Assembly: GCA_964252035.1 (NCBI GenBank)
Contig: OZ176201.1
Reading direction: 5' to 3' (one strand)
DNA from: Podarcis erhardii
Lineage: Eukaryota
Length of the DNA stretch: 64,000 bases
The stretch's first letter is position 1, and each line of letters starts with the position of its first letter. The notes beneath the pieces were generated by a model. That model made no database searches. It was not told the DNA's origin and saw only the letters and a program-made list of their open reading frames with translations. Both the position numbers and the translations under genes were made by a program. Below, piece after piece: positions 1 to 12,200 of this stretch.

Positions 1-201
1 GAGTGGTCAGACCATATTGAGGGGGGCGGAGGCGGGTTGCCTGCCTGAGAAGCTGCCCCGTTCATGTCCCCGATGGGCCCAACGACGAGGCCTCATCCCA
101 GCCCAAGCTGCCCCTCCGGCTTTCTGTGCTGCGAGTGCGATACCGTCACGGTGTGTTATGTGACAGAGCTGTCTTTTTCTGCATCTTTTCCTCTGCTTCA
201 G

Positions 202-234
202 TGTCCCACAAGGTGGTACTGGAAACTGGTTCCT
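202..234 (+). CDS. CAMSAP3: CAMSAP3 33-nt microexon (CPTRWYWKLVP)
   Basis: ctgcttcag|TGTCCC...GTTCCT|gtaagt, phase 0-0. The peptide matches the insert recalled from the long human CAMSAP3 isoform. Confidence 0.9.
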
Positions 235-3200
235 GTAAGTGGGTGGCTTTACTTATTATCTCCCTGCTGCTTTTGGCTCCTGCGCTGCATGCCAGGGGGA
301 CCCAGAGCAAAGGATGCTGGGGATTTAGGACCTTGGAGCAGAGATACCTGAGTGTGTGTGTGTGTGTTTCAGTGAGGGGACGACATTGCCCTGCTCCCTG
401 TGGGATGGGCACCTGCCTGAACTTTGGGGAGACTTTGAGGGCAGAGGGGACCCTGTCCCGGGAGGAGGAGGAGGAGGAGGAGGAGGCGTGTTCCCACATG
501 AGAAACCAGCTGCTGGGATGCTGGTATATCCCAGCATCCTTTGTTCTCATCTCCCTTCCCTCCGCAACCCGCTCCTGCTTTGCTCTCTCTTAGCTCCGCG
601 TGTTGGGGCACATGAGGGTTGGGTTCTGGCGGTGGCGGTGGGTGCTTAACGGATCTCTTCTTCCTGCCCTGAATAACGCAACCTCCTTGGGGTTACAGGT
701 GCCCTGGGGTCTAACGGACAGGCAAGAGGGACTGCCTCAGAGATCAACCGAGAAGCCCCGGTTTTCATTTGTGCAGAGGGGTTAAGAGACAGCCAGAGCA
801 GGGCAGCTCATGCCTGGAGCTGCCAAGTAGGAACAGCATGCTAGTTACACGACATTCCTTTATTCCCCCCTTCTGTGTTGCCTTCTGTCCCCCTCCCCCC
901 CCTGCCATTTGCTTGCTGCCCAGCTGTACTCAGTGCAGCCGAGAGTGCGGACTAGTCCGAACTTAGGCCTGGATGCTACATTGCGTTTAGTGTTCAGGAG
1001 TGTGGGGTGCTCCGGAAGGGAGAGAGGGCTCTCTTGGGAGCCCCAGGTGCATGCTGGGGAGGCTTTAATCACCCCAGGCAGAAAGCTAGGCCTTGGCTAG
1101 GCCTTCCCTGCAACCCCCTACCCCAACCCTGTTCCCCAGCCTTGCAAGGCAGCAGCAGCAGCCCTTTCCTCCTCTCTCCTCCCTCCTTGCGGGTGCATTG
1201 ATCAGGCTCTCTCTTTTCTTTGCTATTGCATCCAGCATGCCATCGCTTTTTGTTTGAAGGAGTCGGGGAATAAGCCTCCTGTGGTAATGTATCCGTCGGC
1301 GCGTGCCTCCCACCGCCCGCCTGCACCACCTTGCCATCCACCCGGGTTGCTGTTTTCTAGGACTTTGGGCCGTTCCTGCTGCAATGGGCCTGGGCCGCCT
1401 TTCTCCCCTGCCCCACAAGCTACCAACTTGCCTGGGGCTTGGAGAGGCGAGCTTCCCCCTCTGCTGTGGACATTTTCCAGGGTCCTCCTCCCTCCACATT
1501 CAGAGCAACGTGGGCTCCCCCCAATGCACACAAGAGACCTGCCGTTTGCCCTCAGTTCTTGGGAGTAGCCTCATCTCGTTGCTCACCCTCCAAACACAAT
1601 CAGCCCCTTGCCTTTCCAGAGCCTGCAGAAATCCGGGGTTGCATTTCTTGTTTTTGTTAGACACTCTGGTTTTTGTTCTATTTTAGGACGTTTAGTGTGG
1701 GGGCGTCCACTGACTTTTCTCTCTAGAGCTGTAAGGTGTCAGGATGGGAAAGATGTGGGTGCAGCCAACAGCACAAACCCTCTCATTACCACCACTGCCC
1801 ACCAAAACTCCTGCTGTGTTGAGAGGTGACCTGTTTTGGCCTCTGGGGCCAGGTGACCACCTCCTCCCTTGGTTCCTTTGGTCTCTTCTCCTGGGCTGGC
1901 TGGTGGGGGGGGGGAGGGAAGGCTTGCTCCATTAATTCCTGGCTTCAGCAGTGGTGGAGGAAGGGGTAGAGCATCTGTCAAGCTGGTCTCCAGAGCTTGC
2001 TGTCTACGGCCAACTCTTTCCCGCCCCCAGGGACATGGCCCTTTCCCTCTGAAACCTCCCTCCAGCTCATTGCAGCAGGAATGGAGGTGCCCCATTTGCC
2101 TCTCTCTTTTTTTTCTCCCCACCCTTTTTTATTTTTTGCTGGCCTGCTGGGTGTCTGTGCCTGTCTGTCTGTCTGTCTGTGCACCCCTTCCCCCCTCCCT
2201 TTGCCCTGTGCAATGTCTGCGCACGGCCTGCCCTGCTCTGTGTGTGTCTCTGGTGTGGGGGCTGCCTTTTGTTGTCTTGTCTGCTGTGTCCTGGGGTGAG
2301 GACAAGCATGTTTCCTTGGAGTGGGAAATGCAGTTATTTAGCAGGACTGACTTGCTGGCTCCTCTGTCTTCTCTCCTGCCCAGGGCAGATCCCCTCCCCC
2401 AATTTAGCATCCCCCCACAGCCATTGTGGCGCTGCAGCCCACTGGGCCTAGCACTAGGCCAGAACCTCCCCTTGGAACATTTGTGTGGTGGGGAGAGTGA
2501 GGGGAGCTGGCAGCTGGTCCTTGGGGTCACCCAGAGCTGTTACAGAAGGGAGAGTGTCTCCTTTTCTCCTCCTATGCTGGCTGCTTCCTCTTCACTTCCC
2601 TCCTGCTTTTCTCCTCCTTGGCTGACACAGAGGGACCTGTGCCTTCGAGGGACTCGCTTGCACCCCCCCACCCCTGCTTTATATCCTTTGCCTCCCTCCC
2701 AGCATGCACTTTGCTCTTGGTATTGGGGCAGGGTGGGGGAAGTGTCATATTTTGTGCACACACATTCTTGGGGTGGGAAAGAGGGAGTTAATCGTGGCTG
2801 GTTCTTCCCTCCCTGGGTATTCCCAGGAAGAATTTCATGAGGGTCTCCTGCATGGTGGTGAAGTTGAGGGTGGGATGGAGGAGCTTGGGGTGTGAGGCCC
2901 TGGACCGAGAGGAGGCAGGGGGTGCATTCTTCAGGCTTTTTCAAGTGTCCCTCATGTGGGGACCGGCTCCTTTCGTCACTGTGTTGACTTCCTCCTGCGT
3001 TTCTGCCCTGCACAGATCCGCTATCGGAAGGACAAGGCGCTGCCCAAGCAGACTCCCTGCTTCCCTGCCATCACTGGCATGAAGGACCTGGCCAGCGGGG
3101 GCGCCATTGCTGCCACCATCCACTACTACTGCCCCCAGATTGTGCGCCTCGAGGGTGAGTCGGTGCTCTGGGTCCTGGGTGGAGGGATGGGACGGCTGCT

Positions 3201-6200
3201 CAGAGCTTGCAGCCATTGTGTGCACATCGCTTCCACTCGCACATGTGCTTGTGCACACGCATGCACCCCGCATGCTGATGGCTATTGTGTGCTTCCCTTG
3301 CCCGGTAGACGTGTGCCTGAAGGAGACCATGTCGGTGGCAGACAGCCTGTACAACCTGCAGCTGATCCAGGGCTTCTCTGCGGACTATTTGGGTGGCTCC
3401 TGCTTCCTCTCCTTGGAGGACCTGCTGTACATGCCGCCTATGCTGAGGGTGAGTGCTGGGACTGGGCAGGAGGTGGGGCAGTCCTCCAGCCCCTCTGTAC
3501 CTCTAGAGATGAAAACATGGCTGTCCTGGCTGCAGTAAGGGAAGCCCTGCAGAGCTTCGGGGGCAGAGGAGCTGCTTGGAAGGAGCCCTGGCAAGGCTGA
3601 AGGCCTTGCTCCATTCCCTGTGTGGCTGCTCATGTGGAGCAAGTGGGGATTAGTGTTTGGTCTGAGCGTCCAGCCTGCCTTGGCCCTAATGAGTCTTGGC
3701 TGGGGCCTCCGGCTGCACTAATTGGAGGCTGATCGTGCAAGAACAATGAGGCCCTTCTGCAGTGGGTGGCAGGGCAGTGCTGGGGATTGCGGTGGGTCGG
3801 GAGAGAGACGTTTTAGGCACCAGGAAGAGTTCTTCTCAGGAGTGCTACCTGCAGATGGAGATGGTGGAGCAGAGACTAGGTCCTCTCCTCCCCCTTGTTC
3901 TCTGGACCCAACTCTGGCTAAGTGAGAGGAATGAAGGCTGCTTCCTCCACAGACTATTTGGCTAACTCATTGCCTTTCGTCCCCAGATAAACGTTGGGGT
4001 GTTCCTGGCAGAGTTGTTCCTGTGCTTTGAGGTGCTTAAGCCTGACTTTGTGCACCCAAAGGAGCTGCCTGGACTTCAAGGTAAGAAGGTGGCAGGTGTG
4101 CTTGTATGTCTGTGGCACCCAGGAAGCTGCCCAGGTTCACGGGCTCACACTGCTTCGGTTTGCTCCTTGTTGCATGTAAACTGCCTGCTCATGGCTCCCT
4201 GGGGTTTCAGGCCCAGACCCTTCCCCCCGACCTACCTGAAGATGCTAAGGATGCTGGAGTCTAAGGTATGGCTTCCCTCATTGGCTTCCCTCATGGCTTC
4301 CCTCCCTACCTTAGTGGTAGCAGTTGGCTTGAGGAGCAACTAACTCAGGATAGCAGTGAGGCAGTCCATTCCCAGCCTGCAGAGCTGTGCTGTTTTTGGT
4401 GTGTAGTATTACAAGATACTTGTCGGTACATTCATTATGGGCAGACCCTTTATTTGGTATACTATGTGCTGATAATTTCCATTGTGCTGAGCAGGCAGAA
4501 AAACCCAAACTACCTCCCCCAACTCCCGAATAACAACACCCACCCCCAATTAATAATTGTAGCATATATGGCAAAAATATTTTTTTGTATACTTGTGAAC
4601 GTGAGAATTATGATTTTTGAAGTATATGGAATGCTGGTGGGATAATTAGAGTAGAGGAGGGAGCAGTCGACATGGGGAGAGAAAGGAAGAAGTGCAGAAC
4701 ATCTTAATTGCAGCTGTATCTAATTGTTTCTGAAGACATTATTACTAGTTGCATGCTTTCCAGACATTTTGCAAATCTGGGGCCCACACGCCTGCTTTTT
4801 CTTAATTTTGAAAACGAAAAGCTTCTCTTAAAGCTTTTGGAAATTTGTCTTCCACAAGTTATCTGTTACAGTTCGTACAATATTTTGAACTAGATAATTG
4901 GCGATCAGGTCCTCCCTTCCTTTTAACGGGGAGATGGAAAGAGGGTATAGCATATGCCTCCCATATTACGTGGTATAAACCAAAGGTGGCTGGTCTGTTT
5001 GTTTCACACCTTATAGTCACTTTGATCTGATTAATTGAACAAATATATTCTGTCTGTGGAGCATCAATGCATCCTGTTGCAGGATTTAAATTGTGCTTGC
5101 CTTGGCTTTACCTTGACCAGCGTTCACGGCTTTTCCAAATACTTGTTAAAACCTTGGCCCTTCCTGGAAAGTTTGCATTTTGATGTTGCGAATGCTTTTC
5201 TGGTCTTCCTGTAAGAAAAGATACCTTTAATTCCCATTGTGCTTTCTGTACATCATGTGGTAAATTGGATGCCTGGAAAATAAAGAAAAGTAAAGGCTGT
5301 GCTATAAAGCCTGTCTGTGCACACAGGTATCTGATAGCAGCCTATCACTGTCACACTCCCCCCGCCGCCCTAAATCAGTTGTCCCACTGAGTAAGTGGAG
5401 CAGAGGCATGGGCTGCTGGGAGCTGGCATGCTCTAGCCCTGGAACAATGGCCTCCTGTGTGAGCCGAGATGGGAGCAGGTTCCTCTCCTGCCCTTTGGTA
5501 CATGTGGTTGGCATTCCCACCCTTTCCTGACCTTCTAGTGACTTAATCCTCAGCGTGAGCTCTCTGCTCCCTTCCCCTCTCGGCTTGTTCAGTAAAGTGG
5601 CTGTTCTCTTCCAGATTCCCCTGGGCTGAATGACTCCCTGACGCCCAACAGTGGGAACAACAGCAGGTAAGGGAGCCTCTGCTACTCTCACCACCGCCAC
5701 TTTGAGCCTGAAACCAGGCTTGCCCTCTCTTGCCCATGTTGGGAGTCAGATTTGGATGCTGTGCTTTGCAAGGAAGGTATCTGTGGGCTGCGCTCTCTGG
5801 TGTCTCATTCCAGAGCTAGGATTTTGTAAATGGATGATGATGTAGGAGCATGAGAAATTGCCTTCTGCTGAACCAGACCCCATTGACCCATCTCTCTCAA
5901 TGTTGTCTAAACCAGGGTTTCCCAAACTTGGATCTCCAGCTGTTTTGGAACTACAACTCCCATCATCCCTAGCTATCAGAATCTGGTCAGGAATGATGGG
6001 AACTGTAGTTCCAGACAGGGAGCCTCTCCCAGCCCTACCTAGAGATGCCAGGGACTGTCTTCTTGAGGGCACCAGTTCCCTACCTTTTCACCCACCAAGA
6101 GGACGGTCCCTGCATTCTGCCATGTCAGCTCCAGTTCCAGCTTATAAAACGAAGCTGCTTTAGCCTGAGTGTGTTGCTGTCAACTAGCTTCCCTGTCTGG

Positions 6201-9200
6201 CAGCATGGCTAGCCAGTCTCCCGTGTATGAATCAAAGCTGTTGGGAAGCCTTAGACGGGAGTCATGTCCAGACTGCTACCTGCAAGTCCACAAGCCATGA
6301 TGTTGCTGGCGGAGGACTCCAGGCAAGGAGCCCGTCGCTCTGAAAATGTTGCTGGACTCCAAACAGCAACAACCAATATGGCTGCTGGTCAGGAATGATG
6401 GGAGTTGTACGCTGCAGGTGGCTTAACTGTGCCCTTCCCAGTAGTGCTCAAAAACTGTGAATCCCTTTAGGAATAGCTAAATACTGTCTCTTCAAAGGGG
6501 CAATGTTGCTATTGCAGCTGGCAGAGGTCTGGGAGAGTCCTTGAGGTCCTTCACGATTTCTGTGCTGTTGACATAAGAGTCTTGATTTCCTAAAAAAAAC
6601 CTCCACTCAGCAACTTGCTCTTCAGATGTGTTAGTACTGTACTCCAAAGTGCCACAGCTTGACTTTCCCCCTCTCTGCTTGCCTAGGGGGCCTCTCCACA
6701 TATTAATATTAGACAGTCTTTGGGGAAACGTGATCTGGAAGGAGTTATTCCTGCAATCAGGGTGGGGAGAGCTCCTTATGTTTTTTGTGGTGGCTCAGTG
6801 CCTCCTTATGTTTCAGGAGTCTTGGGCCTTCCTTTGCTCTGGGGAGAAAACTGCGTCCCTGGCACTGTCAGTGTGCGAGTCTGGTGCTCCCTTCCCCTGA
6901 TCAGCTGTAGCTGCTGATCAGGGGAGTCTTTGTGGTTTACCTGGATTGAGTTGCACTGGTGGAGTAAAGGGGAGAGCACTCTTGGCCAGAGCAGCTGCTC
7001 TCCCTTTGCTCCAGGCCAGCAGAAATTGTAGTTCTTCTTGCAGGGCAGGTGGGTGGGTGGGTGGGGGTGTGACTGGGCAAGCTTCTGATCTTTAAGGTAG
7101 GCACAGCTTTCCTCCCATGTGCAAGTTATGGGAATGCCTTTAGGCAGCAAATTAAAGGAACTTGTTCCTGCAAGTCTGTTCACTTCATTTGCCAAACGAA
7201 TGAGCGGAATCAACACTTAGCAGTGCCTACATGTTCCACGTATAATGTAATGCAGTGATTCTAGTGTTGTGCAAATTCCTTCTTGGGTTTCTATCACCCC
7301 TCCCCTTTAAAAAAACAAACGCAACAACCCACACCAAACTAGTCCTATTTCCTCAAAGGACTAGCTTTCAGCACCCAGTTTCCCTCTGCTGACTTCGCTT
7401 GTGTGAGTGCAGTCTGTGTTGGTGCTGCCAGAGGATTGTGGCTGGAGGCCTAACCAGTGTGCAGCAGCATCTGCTTCTCTCTGTGTGACAACAAGTTTTG
7501 TAGCAATGTTCTTAATCTGATCTCATCTCTTATCCCCCCCAGTAGCTCCCCAGTTTTCAGCTTCCGCCACCCACTGCTGCCTGGAGGGCAGGCACAGTCT
7601 CCGCTCTGTGGTTCTTTAGGTAAGGTGCTGCTGCTTTGTCTAGTCTCTCCCACCCCCCACCAATACAAACCACATACAAGCTGTGGGGGAAGAAAATGAG
7701 TCCTTCAGTTCTGTTGGGGGTAAAAGGTTAATCAAAACACATGCAAGTCTCTTGGAGGTCCTTCTTAAGGCGTCACGATCATGACTGTCGGCATCCGCAG
7801 GGGCTTGTTTCTGTGGTTTCCAAAGCTCTTGGTCCTGGATAGCTGTTCAGCTTTACCCAGCAGCTGCTGCACATTTCTCAAGAGCAACAGAGCCATAGTA
7901 TGCCTGCCTTAGATGGCACAATTTTAAGATGCTTTGGTAAAGGCGCAGTATGCTAGATTCATTGCATGAATAAGGGTGAGCTCTGTTGAACCTCCTATAA
8001 GGCAATAAGGGCTGTAACCCTGTGCAACCAGAGAGGGGAAAGCTCTTCCCTTCTGGATGCTTTGAATCTCCTAACTCCCATCAGGCCCAGCTGGCATGGC
8101 CCAAGGCCAAGGACGATGGGAGTTGTAGTCCAATTATATCTGGAGGGCTGCAGGTTCCTGGTTTACACCTGGAACACAGGGGAACTTTGTTTGTGAATAG
8201 GCATGCACAAAATTGTTCTGTGTAAACTGGCCTATCATGGGAAAAGATCATTCTGAGAAGGCAGGTTTTAATCTACATCTCACCTCAAGAGATGGCCCTA
8301 GACAGCCTGAGATATATCTGACGTCATCGGAGTTTGTGCTGCTGACGTCGTGCCCTCGTGGGCCTTTGGTTTCCTTTCAAACACATGCTTTGTGAAGGAT
8401 CCTTGTCAAAGTAGAGCGGTTCTCCTTTTGTGTGCTTACTCCTCCTTATTTTGACATGGAGGATACTGTCCCCCAAGGACAGCCTGGGCCAACTTGGAGC
8501 CCTCCAGAAGTTTTGGGTTGTCACTCCCATCAGCCAGAGCAAGCATGGACAATGGTCAGGGAGGGATGGGGGCTGGAGTCTGAAGCATCTGGCAGGCTGC
8601 TTGGATTCCTCCCACCCCTTGAGTTGAGGGCCTTGACTCCTGCCACCAAGTCTCTAGGACAGCCCCGCGGTATCTTCTTGTTCCTCTGCTTTCTTGTTCC
8701 TCTGATTTGGGTCCTTTTTGTGTCCTTAGGCTCCCTGCATCACTCCACATCCATGTCCCATGTTGAGGGTTTTGGTAAACCATGGAGCAAGAAGCAGCTC
8801 AGGTGAGGAGCACGGGGGGTGGATTTCATATGGCCAGAGGAGGGGACAATTTCCCAGACCTCTGCTTATCCACCGACTTGGGATACAGAGTTGTGAGAAG
8901 CAGTACCAGCAGGTTGTGAGTGGAAGGTGGGCTTGGAATGTCCCAGCATGTCCGTCCTTCTTTTGCTCCTAATCTTATCGTTTTGCTCTGCTTCCCTAGC
9001 CACCCGTTGTCGCAGGCGGTCTCCTTCAGCATCCCCTTTGGCTTGGACAGCGATGTGGACATTGTGATGGGGAACCCGGTGGGCATGCTGCGCTCTGTCA
9101 GCTCAGACAGCCTGGCCCCTGCCCTCTATTCCTCCTTGCCTCGCTCACCGCGCCCACGGTCCACTGACGTGGTTGAGGCCCCCAATGGCTTAGTGACAAC

Positions 9201-12200
9201 ACCGCTCCACGGGGCTGGACCAAAGGCCCAGGAGGGGCTGGCCCTGGAAAACGGGCTGAGCGACGGCTACCCCGACCTGCCTACCATCGAGGAGGCCCTG
9301 CAGATCATCCACAGCAGCGAGCGCCTGCTCCCTGAGGGAGCGCCCGATGGCTTTTACCTGCACTCTCCGGAGCCACCGAAAACTTCTGTGCCAGAAAAGG
9401 CACCCATGGCTACTGTTTACCGCTGCCACAATGGCCCCCCCAATGGGACCGAGCCAGCCCAGGACGGCAGCCTAGACTCAGACGCAGAGGAGCCCACGCG
9501 GGCCCCTGGCGGCCCAGATGACTCCACCTCATGCGTCAGTTCGCTGAGCTCGCAGCCCGACAGCACAGCTTCGTCTGCCTCTGGTGTGCGCATGACCAGC
9601 TTCGCGGAGCGCAAGAAGAAGCTGGCAGCGACAGACAGCAAGTCCAGTGGGATCAGCTCCGAGGGCTCTGAAGTTGGGCCTGTCCCACCAGACGAGAGCC
9701 CCGCCCAGAGCCCCGCCCTCAGCTCAGAGATGAGCCAGCTGGGGGCGCGGCTGGAGGAGAAGCGCCGGGCCATTGAGGCTCAGAAGAAGCGCATTGAGGC
9801 CATCTTCACCCGGCACCGCCAGCGCCTGGGCAAGAGTGCCTTCCTGCAGCTACAGAAGGCCCCCGATGCCCAAGGCCAGTCGGAGGATGGCCGGCTCGCT
9901 CTCGAGGAGCGGCTTGCCCAGCTGGAGGCTGAGGAAGAGGCCGGAAGTCCTCGGGCCCGCCTAGACAACAAGCAGGTGACCTTTTCCCCGGAAATCACCA
10001 AGGGCGGAGCGTTGGACGAGAACCTGGGCGACTACAACCGGGCGGTGGCCAAGTTGAACACCGCCCTGAGCTCCCTGCAGCTGGACATGCAGCGTCTGAG
10101 CGATCAGCAGCAGCGCCTCCTGCTGGATAAGAAGCCTAGTGTGCAGGCCTGGGTGATCCCAGCCCCAAGGACCGGCCGTGAGGGGGCTCCTCCCCGCTCC
10201 TCCCTGGAGCTGTCCTCCCCATCGCCGTCGCCCTCCCCTTCCCGCAAGTCCCGCTCCCCTCAGCCCACCCCTAAGAAGTCTCCTGCCCCAGCTCCGCCCA
10301 AGAGCCCCCGGCACGCCCGGCCAGTGGAGCTGAAGTTGCCCCCCCTCACACGGGTCCTGACACCTCCCCACAACGTGGACACCCTCCCGCACCTCCGCAA
10401 GTTTTCCCCCAGCCAGGTGCCCATGCAGACCCGCTCCTCCATCCATTTTGCCGAGGACGAGGAGCTGCCCGTGCCGGAGGCCCAGGGGAACTTGCGGCCT
10501 GTGGCCTCGGTGCCCCCCCAGGGGGGCAATGGCCGTGTCTCGGGGGATGGCACCAGTGACGTCTCCTCGCCCAGCGACCGGCGCAGCAGCCTGATTGAAA
10601 TCCCCTTGTCCAGCCTGAAGGGGGAGGAGGAAGACGACGATGCAGATGGCGACGACTCGCTGGAGGGATCCATCACCGAGGCCCTGGACTCCGAGCCGGC
10701 CCGGGCTGGCATGGGCTTCTACTTCAAGGTAAGTGCTTGAAGCGGAGATTGCTAACACTCATGACTGGCATTCTGCACTTTCTATAGAAGAGCTTTTGGA
10801 GCATGGCCAAGAAGCAGCTGGGTATGGCTCGGCCCTTGGAGCCAGCCAGGGCTAGGCTGGGCTTCAGGTGGCTGTGCTGCTTCGCTTTTTCTTGGCTGGC
10901 TCAAGGTAACAGGAGTAGGCGGCCTGCAGTGGGACAGGGATTCCAAGGGGCCCCTTTTGACTGGCAGGAGTGTATGCAGAATGTGCAGGTGGAGTTGCTC
11001 AAGCCAAGTGCTTGAACAAAGACACTGTGTGTGTGTGTGTGTGCAACTTAAAACGGACATCTCCTTTCTGAGATCCTTGTGGGTCAGGGAAGATCTTTTT
11101 TCAGACGTGTTTTTCTACTGCGCCAGCTTAAATCACACCAGCTGCTGCTGCTCTCTAGTGGTGATGCAGATCTCTGCAGCATCTTGGACTGGCCCAAAGA
11201 TAGGACCGTAAGCATGAGCTCTAAAAGCAGAGCTCAGCCTCAAATGAAGAGAGGATGGAGTGTGGATCATGGACAGAATGACCTCTGCCAGGTTGACTTG
11301 GGATTTGCAGTGGGAGTTTGAGGTCGCAGTTCCTGAGCTTTCTGCCAGTTTTGGACCTCATTCTGAGGCTCGATAATCCTGGGACCTTCAGGCATCAATA
11401 AATCACATGAAGTTTTTTCCTTCTCTCTATCACCTACCCTTGGGATTCTGATCCTATCTGTAGGTGCTAGGAAGCCCATTTTGGGCAAGCCCTAGCCATA
11501 GCTGGCAGGATCACACAGGATACATGGAGTGGCATTTCCAGAGGGGTTGAGAGCAGTTGGCTCCAGTCCAGAGGAAGGTAGAGAAAGAACCTAAGAGCTC
11601 TGCTGGATCCAACCAATCTAGTTCAGCATCCAGTTGTCATTGTAGCCAACCATAAGGACAGGCCTGGCTGCTGTGTGACTCCTGTCCTGAAAGTGAAAAG
11701 TGACCCTGCATCTTAGAGGACTCACCCACCCTTTCTCTCTACTGACTCGCTGCGTTTGTTCAGGATGAGGCGAAGGCTGAGGAGGAAATGGCGCAGAAGC
11801 GCGCAAGCTTCCTAGAGAGGCAGCAGCGACGCACTGAGGAGGCGAAGCGCAGGAAGCAATGGCAGGAGGCGGAGAAGGAGAAGAAAGAGGAGGAGGCAAG
11901 GTGAGGTTGGGATGGGGGAAGCCCTCTCATTCTTGGCCCTCTTTGTAGGCATGGCCATGGTAGGTGCTTCTGCTGTGGTGGGAGGCCTTGTGCTTCCAGT
12001 ATTCCACCCCCCTCCCCAGTAGCTCTATTTGGTTTCTCCAGTTCCCATGCTACACCAGCACTTACAAAAATCGAGTCACTCAAGTAATGTTTTATACATC
12101 TATAACTACTGCTTCATTTGTTTTGTATTGGTTCTGATGCACTGGGATTTCCCATTGTGTGGAAATGGCTCTCATGTCACAGTGGGGCCTTTGTGTGAAT

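Noticed and set aside
1869-2840. 323-aa plus-strand ORF in a CAMSAP3 intron
   Set aside because: Low-complexity, A-poor DNA depletes stop codons; the start is not ATG and there is no domain similarity.
9190-10758. Several long minus-strand ORFs (up to 265 aa) over the large CAMSAP3 exon
   Set aside because: Shadow ORFs of a GC-rich coding exon, with no independent homology or splice support.
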